Notes: generated by a model from the letters alone, not told the origin. Counted from the stretch's first letter, positions 9,564-17,033 are shown. The stretch is 22,177 nt of DNA from an uncultured virus (IMG/VR IMGVR_UViG_2868841959_000003) (IMGVR_UViG_2868841959_000003); one strand, 5' to 3'. Made by a program: numbers and translations.

Positions 9564-9839
9564 ATGGGACTTTTTGAGAAAGCTGAAGGTAAAGCCACAG
9601 AAACCCTAGGTAAAGCACAAATTAAATATGGAGAAGTAATCGATTCTCCTGAGCACATAATAAAAGGTGATGCGAAAGAAATTTGTGGTGCTGGAAAACA
9701 AGTAACATCGCAATTACTCGATTCCGCACAAGAATGTGTCAAAAACACACAACTCGGAATTAAAAAGAATCCACTAACTTCGGTAGCCATTTCTGCAGGT
9801 GTCGGTTTTGTTATTGGTTATCTATTAAATAAAAAATAG
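9564..9839 (+). CDS. CsbD-like stress protein with ElaB/YqjD-type C-terminal membrane anchor
   Basis: N-terminal EKAEGK..E..GK...YGE......KG pattern (CsbD); C-terminal KKNPLTSVAISAGVGFVIGYLL (DUF883-type); AGGAG SD; TATAAT at 9516-9521. Confidence 0.8.
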   Translation: MGLFEKAEGKATETLGKAQIKYGEVIDSPEHIIKGDAKEICGAGKQVTSQLLDSAQECVKNTQLGIKKNPLTSVAISAGVGFVIGYLLNKK

Positions 9840-9856
9840 TTTTTACAATTTTGTTT

Positions 9857-9884
9857 AATTCCCCTTCTCTTGTTGAAGGGGATT
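9857..9884. terminator. Terminator-like hairpin after the CsbD-like gene
   Basis: CCCCTTC / GAAGGGG stem. Confidence 0.5.
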
Positions 9885-9885
9885 A

Positions 9886-10020
9886 TCACAAACACTCCAT
9901 TCTAATGTAATCTTGTAACTCTAATATCACTGACTCTAACTCTGCAATTCGCTCTCAGAATAACCAATAATTTCTGATTGTGGTGTTAGTAGGTCTGATG
10001 GCGGTTGCATCATCATGTAT
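9886..10020 (-). pseudogene. Relic 3' end of a lambda-type Rz spanin
   Basis: Translates DDATAIRPTNTTIRNYWLF*ERIAELESVILELQDYIRMECL*, matching the lambda Rz C-terminal pattern (R.Y..LRERI...LQ.YI...C); internal TGA at 9955-9957; no 5' part. Confidence 0.7.
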
Positions 10021-10096
10021 CACTACGCTACCTTAATCACTTACGGCTTCCCCGTCAGCCTGATGAAATCAACCATCCTTTCTACAGATACAAAAA

Positions 10097-10166
10097 CACC
10101 AGCTATTAACTAGTGGCTATGAACCTTTACAAATATAAAATGGCTATTATTTAAGCAACGGAGTAC
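10097..10166 (+). repeat. 70-bp imperfect direct repeat, copy 2
   Basis: 63/70 identity to 9179-9248. Confidence 0.9.
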
Positions 10167-10261
10167 GGTTGATGTTCCAGTGAAGAGCGACCTGTTCACT
10201 TGGGCAAAATAATAAGATCCATGTTATCTAAAACATTCAGACCCCCATTAAACTCGCGGGT

Positions 10262-10792
10262 CTATTTTTTTACTTTCTTCGCTTCAATTTCCCGTATTGC
10301 TTTTAATTGCTCATTAGCTTTTTCTATTGTCGATAACAAGGAAGGTATCCATAATACCACTTGGCAATATGTTAAAGTTCGGACGGTAGAGGCACTAACA
10401 CTGGTTGAGTCAATGTCTTGGGTATCTCTATACATTGACCGTAACTCATAGGTGTGCTTGAGCAACCCATCAGTAATATGTTGAGGAACAAGCAAATCAC
10501 AAGTCGGCTCTTTTTTAAGGATCGTTCTATATTCAATGATTTTCTCCTGTGATTTTGCATCTGCCTGAATGCCATAGCGGTAGGCTGTAGTCGCTATTTG
10601 ATTAAATCTATTAAATTGAAATATCTGATCACTTAACAGCTTTGAGTAACTATTATTTTCTTTTGTTAATTGCTTATTCTCTACTATTAAATTATCTCTT
10701 TGAGTAATGATATCTTGTATGATGTTGGCAATATAACCACCAGCGACAATTCCTACCATTACAATGGCAATGTAAAGTTTCCAATGCTTCAT
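10262..10792 (-). CDS. Inner-membrane spanin (Rz-like)
   Basis: N-terminal TM, coiled-coil periplasmic region, follows endolysin, contains embedded lipoprotein ORF. Confidence 0.85.
   Translation of the reverse strand: MKHWKLYIAIVMVGIVAGGYIANIIQDIITQRDNLIVENKQLTKENNSYSKLLSDQIFQFNRFNQIATTAYRYGIQADAKSQEKIIEYRTILKKEPTCDLLVPQHITDGLLKHTYELRSMYRDTQDIDSTSVSASTVRTLTYCQVVLWIPSLLSTIEKANEQLKAIREIEAKKVKK
10372..10536 (-). CDS. Outer-membrane spanin lipoprotein (Rz1-like), embedded in Rz
   Basis: AGGAG SD then TTG at 10536; basic N-terminus, hydrophobic core, lipobox LMGC, Pro-rich mature part. Confidence 0.8.
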   Translation of the reverse strand: MNIERSLKKSRLVICLFLNILLMGCSSTPMSYGQCIEIPKTLTQPVLVPLPSEL

Positions 10793-10794
10793 AA

Positions 10795-10953
10795 TTAGTA
10801 CCGATGATGTGAGAGAGCTATCTGACAGCGCTTGTCTAAACTGGCTTTATTGTTAACACATGAATTATCAATTGAGAGATAAATGCCACCAGCGACCGTG
10901 ATGAGTAATACGAGAATAAAGCTGATAACGATAATTAAAGGTTTCCATGACAT
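10795..10953 (-). CDS. 52-aa single-TM protein between endolysin and Rz
   Basis: Manually translated MSWKPLIIVISFILVLLITVAGGIYLSIDNSCVNNKASLDKRCQIALSHHRY; GGAG SD; fills the gap exactly. Confidence 0.72.
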   Translation of the reverse strand: MSWKPLIIVISFILVLLITVAGGIYLSIDNSCVNNKASLDKRCQIALSHHRY

Positions 10954-11405
10954 AGTGCTGACTCCGCATCTCTACGACTGACTAACCCTCGCCATACCTT
11001 GCCACCCGCATAAACCCAGCGTTTCATTTCTTCACAGGCACCATACTGATCACCAGCATTTAATTTTTTTAGTAACGTAGAACGTGCAAATGCTGTGGTA
11101 CCCACATTAAAAGCGAAGGAATATAGAGAGGCTTTTCTTTTATCATCGACCGGCACTTTAACCAGGACATCAACTTGTTGTTGAGTTCTGATAAAGTCTT
11201 TCTGAAGTAACTCGTCACATTCTTGCTGTGTGTATGTCTTACCTTGAATAATGTCATTTCCAGTGTGGCCATAACAAACCGTCAGAATTCCAGCAACATC
11301 ATGGTATGGCTCATAACGCACTCCCTCAAAATAACCAATCACTGTTAGCGCAATGCTTACCGCACCAGCACTCGCGACTGCTGTCACTTTCTGTTTTAGG
11401 TTCAT
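10935..11405 (-). CDS. SAR endolysin (GH24 lysozyme)
   Basis: Ala/Gly-rich N-terminal SAR helix; catalytic E-x8-D-x5-T (EGVRYEPYHDVAGILT); FNVG, GLVSRR. Confidence 0.95.
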   Translation of the reverse strand: MNLKQKVTAVASAGAVSIALTVIGYFEGVRYEPYHDVAGILTVCYGHTGNDIIQGKTYTQQECDELLQKDFIRTQQQVDVLVKVPVDDKRKASLYSFAFNVGTTAFARSTLLKKLNAGDQYGACEEMKRWVYAGGKVWRGLVSRRDAESALCHGNL

Positions 11406-11674
11406 TAAATGTCCTTTTTAGCTTTAGTCAGCATCTCGCCAACTATCTTTTCTATGTCTTGCGGATCACTAGAACAATTACGGTGAACTAATTCAGCAAA
11501 TAACGCTGTTCGTTTTCGTTGTTCTCGCTGTGTCATAAAATAAGTTGCTAATCCAAGGAGCATGCTGAATCCCATCCCTATTACAAATCCCCATTCATAA
11601 AGTGAGAGACTTGCAAAAAAGGCAGTTAAGCCAGCTGTTCCGTAGGTAGCATTGGTCAATTTTTCCATGCGCAT
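11405..11674 (-). CDS. Class II holin (phage 21 S-like pinholin) with dual-start motif
   Basis: M-R-M-E-K-L-T start (ATG 11674 and 11668), two TM segments, charged C-terminus, upstream of SAR endolysin. Confidence 0.85.
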   Translation of the reverse strand: MRMEKLTNATYGTAGLTAFFASLSLYEWGFVIGMGFSMLLGLATYFMTQREQRKRTALFAELVHRNCSSDPQDIEKIVGEMLTKAKKDI

Positions 11675-11776
11675 AGTCACCCCCTACGGAGTGTCCGAGT
11701 TTAGTTAAAGAGATACAGATACACAGTTTTTATGTGAAGTAATCAGTATGTGATTGATACTATGATCTACGTATAT

Positions 11777-11804
11777 AAAAAAAGGCCGCACGTGGCGACC
11801 TTTT
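11777..11804 (-). terminator. Intrinsic terminator after psiE-like gene
   Basis: AGGTCGC/GCGGCCT stem plus T run on minus strand. Confidence 0.7.
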
Positions 11805-11821
11805 AAATGAGATACTTTAGC

Positions 11822-12229
11822 TTATTCTGGCTTCAATCTTTCTGCATTAGCAATATACAATGCAATAACTAGAATAAGGATTGTTCCTGAATATACGATA
11901 AGTAATTGCGGATTTTTATGTTCAACAACAATAAGTCTAATTACAGCTGTGATAGCGATGTAAATAAAATATTGTAATGGAAAGTGATAATTTGATTGAA
12001 AGTATTTAATAATTAAGGCAATAAACTCAAAATACAGAAAGTAAATGATAAGTCCATCAACTAATAAATAAATTGAAACTGGATCACTAACTGTAAACAA
12101 CAAATTAGCAAGAATAATAGTTTCTTTAACTAAAAAAATTATTAAAATAATTGCAAGCAATATCAGGCCAACACTACTAATCCATTGTAAAACTCGACTA
12201 ATTACTTTTGTTTGATTTAGTCCTGTCAT
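11822..12229 (-). CDS. psiE: Phosphate-starvation-inducible membrane protein PsiE family
   Basis: YFLYFEFIALIIKYF..YHFPL.YFIYI.ITA.IRLI signature, four TM segments, AGGAG SD. Confidence 0.9.
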   Translation of the reverse strand: MTGLNQTKVISRVLQWISSVGLILLAIILIIFLVKETIILANLLFTVSDPVSIYLLVDGLIIYFLYFEFIALIIKYFQSNYHFPLQYFIYIAITAVIRLIVVEHKNPQLLIVYSGTILILVIALYIANAERLKPE

Positions 12230-12312
12230 AATAACTCCTAAGAGTTTATGCCCCTAATATCAAGTTTTCTATAGATTAAAATAAAAAATAGATGAGAAGC
12301 TTTATATTTAAT

Positions 12313-12390
12313 TGGGCCGCCATCAAGGTATCGAACCTCGACTTTTAGTTTAAATAAAACTAAATACTCTCCCAGTTAAGCTAATGGCGG
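12313..12390 (-). tRNA. tRNA-like element with non-canonical anticodon arm (pseudo-tRNA or suppressor-like)
   Basis: CCGCCAT/ATGGCGG acceptor, TA, D arm GCTT/GAGT, stem TTTAG/CTAAA with 11-nt loop, T arm CGAGG-TTCGATA-CCTTG, encoded CCA. Confidence 0.75.
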
Positions 12391-12397
12391 AATGAAT

Positions 12398-12505
12398 TTA
12401 CCTGAACCAACGAACTATCATAAATGCAACTAAGAGCAATAAAGCAATGATAATTACATTCCGTAAAAAAGTGGGGATTAGATGTAATAGCGCAGACCAA
12501 TTCAT
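12398..12505 (-). CDS. 35-aa hydrophobic membrane peptide
   Basis: TAAGGAG SD; MNWSALLHLIPTFLRNVIIIALLLLVAFMIVRWFR. Confidence 0.65.
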   Translation of the reverse strand: MNWSALLHLIPTFLRNVIIIALLLLVAFMIVRWFR

Positions 12506-12681
12506 AGGCATCTCCTTAGGAAATCATTCCTTTAGATACCACATCTATTTTCGATAAAAACTTGCAAATGCAAGGTTTGCTGTTGATAGCAATGAGGTAT
12601 GTTTACTCTCCTAAGTTTACCACACACTAATGAATATGTACGTTTTAAAATATAAAGGGATCATCTTTAAATTTAAGCAAC

Positions 12682-12708
12682 AAAAAAACCCCGCCAAAAC
12701 GAGGTTTT
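12682..12708 (-). terminator. Intrinsic terminator of csp-ymcF transcript
   Basis: AAAACCTCG/CGGGGTTTT stem plus T run. Confidence 0.75.
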
Positions 12709-12729
12709 ATATATTCAACTATTTAACGC

Positions 12730-12870
12730 TTAACTCATTTGAGCAGCCATCACAGTCTTACAAAAAATACATTTTGCGCCGTGTGGATTGTTCACTGTAA
12801 CATCAAATTGTGATGTTCTATATTGTGAACCGCTACAACAAGGACATTTAAAATAGAGGCGAATAGTAAT
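12730..12870 (-). CDS. ymcF: YmcF/YnfQ-like small zinc-ribbon cold-shock protein, ATT start
   Basis: (M)TIRLYFKCPCCSGSQYRTSQFDVTVNNPHGAKCIFCKTVMAAQMS; CPCC..SQYRTS..DV...NP.GAKCIFCK signature; 7 nt downstream of csp stop. Confidence 0.85.
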   Translation of the reverse strand: MTIRLYFKCPCCSGSQYRTSQFDVTVNNPHGAKCIFCKTVMAAQMS

Positions 12871-12877
12871 AGCGCCT

Positions 12878-13090
12878 TTAGAGAGCCACCACGTTGCCTG
12901 CTGCAGGACCTTTCATACCATTTTCAATGGTAAATGAAACTTCTTGGCCTTCCATCAGAGATTTGAAGTCATCACTCTGAATTGCAGAGTAATGTACAAA
13001 TACATCTTTACTTCCATCTTTAGGAGTGATGAAACCAAAACCTTTATCATCGTTAAACCATTTTACTGAACCAGTCATTGTATTAGACAT
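12878..13090 (-). CDS. Cold-shock protein, CspA family (CspB/G/I-like)
   Basis: KWFN, RNP1 KGFGFI, RNP2 VFVHY; 70 aa. Confidence 0.96.
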   Translation of the reverse strand: MSNTMTGSVKWFNDDKGFGFITPKDGSKDVFVHYSAIQSDDFKSLMEGQEVSFTIENGMKGPAAGNVVAL

Positions 13091-13299
13091 AGAATTTCCT
13101 TTAATTTATTTAATTTGCCATAAGGCATATGAAGGTTTGTTTTTTATTTTTACTTATGGGAATTAATTAGAAGGAATTCGCAATGAAGTGGTATCGAGGA
13201 TAACGCTAAACGGTGAAAAACTTTAAACTGACTAACATAAATAGGCCTGTACTTCCAAACCAGTAACGCCATTAGGCCATAGATAAACTCAGATAGCAA
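13091..13299 (-). promoter_or_regulatory. cspA-type promoter, cold-box-like motif and long 5' UTR
   Basis: TTGCTA(13294-13299)-17 nt-CCTAAT(13271-13276) with AT-rich upstream tract; GGAAGTACAGG at 13246-13256; ~175-nt leader. Confidence 0.7.
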
Positions 13300-13315
13300 A
13301 CTTTATTTTATATAT

Positions 13316-13338
13316 AAAAACCCCGCAAAAGCGAGTTT
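13316..13338 (-). terminator. Probable tR' terminator
   Basis: AAACTCGC-TTTT-GCGGGGTTTTT about 65 nt after Q stop. Confidence 0.7.
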
Positions 13339-13359
13339 ATAAGTTGGTTGACCTTGATG

Positions 13360-13401
13360 TCAGTCTTATCACAATATCACTTATTTTACGTACGTAAAGT
13401 T
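13360..13401 (-). promoter_or_regulatory. Probable late promoter pR'/qut region
   Basis: Immediately after Q; perfect 14-bp palindrome TTTACGTACGTAAA at 13385-13398; followed by terminator. Confidence 0.55.
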
Positions 13402-13785
13402 TTATATAGCTTTTTCCACATATTGATCCATCTCTAATGATACATCCAGCATCATCAACATACCTTCTATTATTCCTTCTGCCTTTTGTAATTTTTTACC
13501 TATATGCCCATCAGAACAATTGTGCTTGTTAGCAAGTTGCATAAATGTCATTCCGAATAAATAGTAATCAAGCAATAGGTCATGCATATCACTATTCTTT
13601 TTATTCAATTGCGCCATACAACTAGAAATAATTATTGCATCGTCTTCACAACATTGAGGACGTGCTTTAACTTTACTTGGTATTAGTCCACTAAATCCCG
13701 CAGCAATCGAATACCATTGGATCGACTCAGTATTATCTGCCGACCATGCTCCCCAACGTGATAAAACTTCCTGCATATCTCTCAT
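13402..13785 (-). CDS. Late antiterminator Q
   Basis: MRDMQ.VL.RWGAW, IAAGF.GL, LQKAEG.IEG motifs; GAGGAG SD before ATG 13785. Confidence 0.92.
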   Translation of the reverse strand: MRDMQEVLSRWGAWSADNTESIQWYSIAAGFSGLIPSKVKARPQCCEDDAIIISSCMAQLNKKNSDMHDLLLDYYLFGMTFMQLANKHNCSDGHIGKKLQKAEGIIEGMLMMLDVSLEMDQYVEKAI

Positions 13786-13813
13786 GCCTAATACTCCTCG
13801 TGCCGTACACACG

Positions 13814-14839
13814 TTAAATAAATGCACCGATGCCTAATGAACGATTTAAAAAATGAAATAGTAATTCGAGTTGATTGCCGTGAGTGGCTTCCCACTGTTT
13901 TGGGTCACGATGTAACTCGTCATGATGAATGCGACATAATGGAATAGTGAATAGGTCGTGAGCTTTCGTTCCCATACCACCCATACCATGACCTATGATG
14001 TGATGCGGATCATCAGCCTGTTGCCCACACACGCAACATGGTTGAGTTTTTACCCATTGCAACCATTGGGTATTTTCCCAACGTTGCATTTTAGGTTTCA
14101 GCAGAAATGACGCTGGTGGCTTCGGATCAATAGCAACTTTAATAATCGGCTTTATCGCATCTAAACGCTCATTCATTGCGGATAGTGCCGTTACGTTACT
14201 TGGGATAATGTCAGCTTCAGGAAAACCACCGTGAACTCTGCGTTCTTCTTGTTTATCTGACCAATTTAAAATCTGGCGTAATATTGCTTCGGGTAATTCA
14301 TCGACCAAGTTATGCATAACTGCAAATGAGAAAAAATCAGGAATAGTTAGCTGGTGGCCATCATCTAATCTCAAACGGAAACGAATTGTGTCTAGCATCC
14401 AATTGATACGATTTTTATGAGCTAATTCAGCAACCCACCCAGCAGATGAATTTCTAATATGGTTATCATGATGCCAACAAGTGCGGATCACGCCAGCTTC
14501 GTGAAAGGTCGTCACTAACTCATGGTGATGGTAATTATCTTCATCGTTATCAATCTGACAGCATTGAATATGACGAATAACCCACGAATCCATCGGCGCC
14601 ACTTTATCAGTGGTGTGGATTACTTTTTTACTATTGAGAAATTGAACAATGTGCTTATTGTTTAAAATTGGTTGCTCATCACCTGTTAATGCACCTGAGG
14701 GCAACACATCTAAACTTTTAGGCACATCACTAATAATCACACGGTGGTGCTTTTTAAATTGCTCGAGTAATTCAGCACCCGGTTTAAGTAATACAACACC
14801 AAGTTCTGGTTGAATATAAGGCGTTAATAATAATTTCAT
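13814..14839 (-). CDS. DUF968 / YdfU-like protein
   Basis: LLTP...[24 protein letters not shown]...[23 protein letters not shown] motifs. Confidence 0.9.
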   Translation of the reverse strand: MKLLLTPYIQPELGVVLLKPGAELLEQFKKHHRVIISDVPKSLDVLPSGALTGDEQPILNNKHIVQFLNSKKVIHTTDKVAPMDSWVIRHIQCCQIDNDEDNYHHHELVTTFHEAGVIRTCWHHDNHIRNSSAGWVAELAHKNRINWMLDTIRFRLRLDDGHQLTIPDFFSFAVMHNLVDELPEAILRQILNWSDKQEERRVHGGFPEADIIPSNVTALSAMNERLDAIKPIIKVAIDPKPPASFLLKPKMQRWENTQWLQWVKTQPCCVCGQQADDPHHIIGHGMGGMGTKAHDLFTIPLCRIHHDELHRDPKQWEATHGNQLELLFHFLNRSLGIGAFI

Positions 14840-15036
14840 GCACTCACCTGTTTATTCAACATCACCATGCGGATCAGCTCATCCGTTTTACTCTCAAAGA
14901 AATGCGGTTGGGTTTCGCGAGGATTATTAGGACTGGTCATGTCCTTTCCAAGCTGACAACATCTAGCAGTAGCAATAGGCGCTCCTGTGATCTCAGGAGC
15001 GGTCAAAATCTCATCAATAACAATTAATCCATTCAT
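14836..15036 (-). pseudogene. Internally deleted KilA-N/antirepressor-type gene (66 aa remnant)
   Basis: Retains N-terminal MNGLIVID and C-terminal TSPNNPRETQPHFFES typical of much longer KilA-N proteins at this position. Confidence 0.55.
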
Positions 15037-15054
15037 GTTATTTCTCTCCACGTT

Positions 15055-15441
15055 TTACTCGTGACCGTACATCACGCTTTTACTATGCTGACGAATGGTT
15101 ATTTCAAGTTTCCCGCCTTTAATAACGTCCATCCATTCAACATCCATTTTTTTTATCTGTTTATCATCCACCCATACACCCGCATGAGTAAGCGCATCAA
15201 AAGGTGCTTTTAAGAAATTATCAATATCTCTAGCCTGCTTAGTTGGTGGATATAATTTCACTGAAACAAACACATCACTCTCAATAGTTTTAGGTCTACG
15301 CTTTAATTGTTCATAGACTGCTGCAATCGCATTTGCTCTAAAGACTCGTCCTTTTGCACTGACTAAGGTTCCTCTTTGTGTATTTCTCCAATAAGTATTT
15401 ACGCTAGGTGGAAATGGCAACGTGAGCATGAGTTCAGGCAT
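15055..15441 (-). CDS. rusA: RusA Holliday junction resolvase
   Basis: LPFPPSVNTYWR, RDIDNFLK..DALTHAG.W.DD.QI. Confidence 0.93.
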   Translation of the reverse strand: MPELMLTLPFPPSVNTYWRNTQRGTLVSAKGRVFRANAIAAVYEQLKRRPKTIESDVFVSVKLYPPTKQARDIDNFLKAPFDALTHAGVWVDDKQIKKMDVEWMDVIKGGKLEITIRQHSKSVMYGHE

Positions 15442-15515
15442 AAGTCCCCCCATAAGCCAATCAGTAATGTCACTACAAACCAAAACCCAACGAACAAAAT
15501 GTATTTAGTTAGCAT
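15399..15515 (-). CDS. Small hydrophobic ORF coupled to replication gene
   Basis: TAATG overlap and GGAGG SD; MLTKYILFVGFWFVVTLLIGLWGDLCLNSCSRCHFHLA. Confidence 0.45.
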   Translation of the reverse strand: MLTKYILFVGFWFVVTLLIGLWGDLCLNSCSRCHFHLA

Positions 15516-16606
15516 TACTGAGCCTCCTGTAACATTTCAGTCGCTTGTTTCCAAATGCTGTTCCATGCTTGACGACCAGAAAACTCACTCATACGACGAA
15601 TGCCTGTCTTACCCGCTAATTCAAGTGCGATCTCTTCAATACGGTTTTGAGGTTTAGAACGAGAACCAATCAAGCGTGAGAATGCGCTGTCACGTTCAAC
15701 GGCATCAACTTGAACCTTTGGCTCATCCTTTGGCTTTTGGCTACGAACGAACAGTTCATCAAAGTGTTTACGTAATTTACGAGGGCTTAAAATGTTTTGA
15801 TGCCAGAAGGAATCTTTGTTGGCCCAATCGAACAATGCACAAATTTGCTCATGGGTACGCCCATCGATTTGACGCATCAAACGGATATCGTTCGCCCAGT
15901 CATACCAAGTAGGTTCTAACGCAGATGGATTCAGTTTTTTAACACGACCAAACATCCATTTCGCCGTTTTTAAGTCACCTTCATCGCCCCATTTCTGACC
16001 ATTAGGGCTGTAAATCACTGCATCTGGATAACGAGTTAAAAAATCATTTTTTGGCTGGTCGCTGGATTCGCCAGAATTCTGCGACGAATGATCTGTTTCT
16101 GTTGTACTCTCTGAAGTAATCTCTGTTGTATTCTCTGTAAGAACAGGCCATTTTGACCCGTTCAGAACAGCGCATTTTGAACCGTTTGAAGGTTTCAATT
16201 TGCGCTTATCGATAAGGTCATTTTGAACTGTTCGATTAGATGAGTTATCACCGTTCGATTGGGTCATACTGACCTCATCGGTCAGCAAGTGGTGATCGTA
16301 ATTAATCGCATAATAATTAGTACGGTCATGATTCGATTTATTGATTTGCTCGATGCGTAAAACGCCCTGCTTTTTTAAATTAGTAAAAGCACGTTTAATC
16401 GTTGACTCAGAGAAAAAAGGAAATTGATTCTTCCACTCTTCGACGGTGTTATAAATCCAGCGTGAGCCGTCATATTCAACACCTGAAGTAGTTTCAGTTA
16501 GCCAATATTGAATTTGCTGTAACAGCATCGCCTCATTTAAACCAAGACGTACCGCTAATTCAGGAATAACGACTAAAGGGCGACTTTTTAGTAATAATAA
16601 ACTCAT
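15515..16606 (-). CDS. Phage replication initiator protein
   Basis: N-terminal winged-helix-like region (LA.RLGLNEA..LQQI.YW), C-terminal WANDIRLMR..D..FW..NILSP.KLR; internal iterons. Confidence 0.88.
   Translation of the reverse strand: MSLLLLKSRPLVVIPELAVRLGLNEAMLLQQIQYWLTETTSGVEYDGSRWIYNTVEEWKNQFPFFSESTIKRAFTNLKKQGVLRIEQINKSNHDRTNYYAINYDHHLLTDEVSMTQSNGDNSSNRTVQNDLIDKRKLKPSNGSKCAVLNGSKWPVLTENTTEITSESTTETDHSSQNSGESSDQPKNDFLTRYPDAVIYSPNGQKWGDEGDLKTAKWMFGRVKKLNPSALEPTWYDWANDIRLMRQIDGRTHEQICALFDWANKDSFWHQNILSPRKLRKHFDELFVRSQKPKDEPKVQVDAVERDSAFSRLIGSRSKPQNRIEEIALELAGKTGIRRMSEFSGRQAWNSIWKQATEMLQEAQ
16146..16282. repeat. Six degenerate 23-24-bp iterons (probable origin)
   Basis: CATTTTGA(A/C)C(C/T)GTTCG-like units starting at 16149, 16173, 16196, 16219, 16242, 16265. 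Confidence 0.75.
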
Positions 16607-16618
16607 CTTGCCACCTCA

Positions 16619-16798
16619 TTACTTAATACGTGTGTACTTCTCTTTAAATCGTTGCAAGGGTTCACACTGTGGGTCGTCACAACCATCAAGCATAAAAATG
16701 ACACGCTGTTTTTCTCTGTCATAACGAACAACATGAACAACGATACCTCGGTGATTTTTGTAGTAGCGATCAAGTTGGTTTGGGTTCTCATTGTTCAT
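16619..16798 (-). CDS. DUF4222-like small protein
   Basis: RYY.N.RG..VHVVRYD....RVIF....C..P...F...Y pattern, upstream of replication gene. Confidence 0.75.
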   Translation of the reverse strand: MNNENPNQLDRYYKNHRGIVVHVVRYDREKQRVIFMLDGCDDPQCEPLQRFKEKYTRIK

Positions 16799-16997
16799 TG
16801 CCCCGCTCTCCACTTGAAAAATAAAAATCAGCCCACGCCTTTTTAAGCGACTGTCTATCTACCAAACCTGTTTTTTGTTGGTAGTTGTCTGGTTGTTCGT
16901 CAGAGGCTATGATTTCTACATAGCGAAATGACTGACTACCCGAGACAGGTAAACAACGGAATTGCTTTTTAGGTATTAAATGCGCTAATCTACTCAT
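16788..16997 (-). CDS. Hypothetical phage protein
   Basis: In-operon ORF overlapping next gene; purine-rich leader. Confidence 0.6.
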   Translation of the reverse strand: MSRLAHLIPKKQFRCLPVSGSQSFRYVEIIASDEQPDNYQQKTGLVDRQSLKKAWADFYFSSGERGNEQ

Positions 16998-17033
16998 GCT
17001 AATTTCTCTTCACACAATTGAAATTTGCAAACC

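Noticed and set aside
10262..10400. Possible frameshift fusing Rz to an Rz1 C-terminus
   Set aside because: As I recall, the LTYCQ.VLWI..LL..IEKAN tail is the normal end of this i-spanin family and an embedded Pro-rich Rz1 ending here is expected; no lesion is needed
12222..12312. Pho box for the psiE-like gene
   Set aside because: Only one CTGTCAT half-site, on the opposite strand over the start codon; no tandem 11-bp repeat upstream
16146..16282. CRISPR-like array
   Set aside because: Degenerate contiguous 23-bp units inside a coding sequence with no unique spacers; these are iterons
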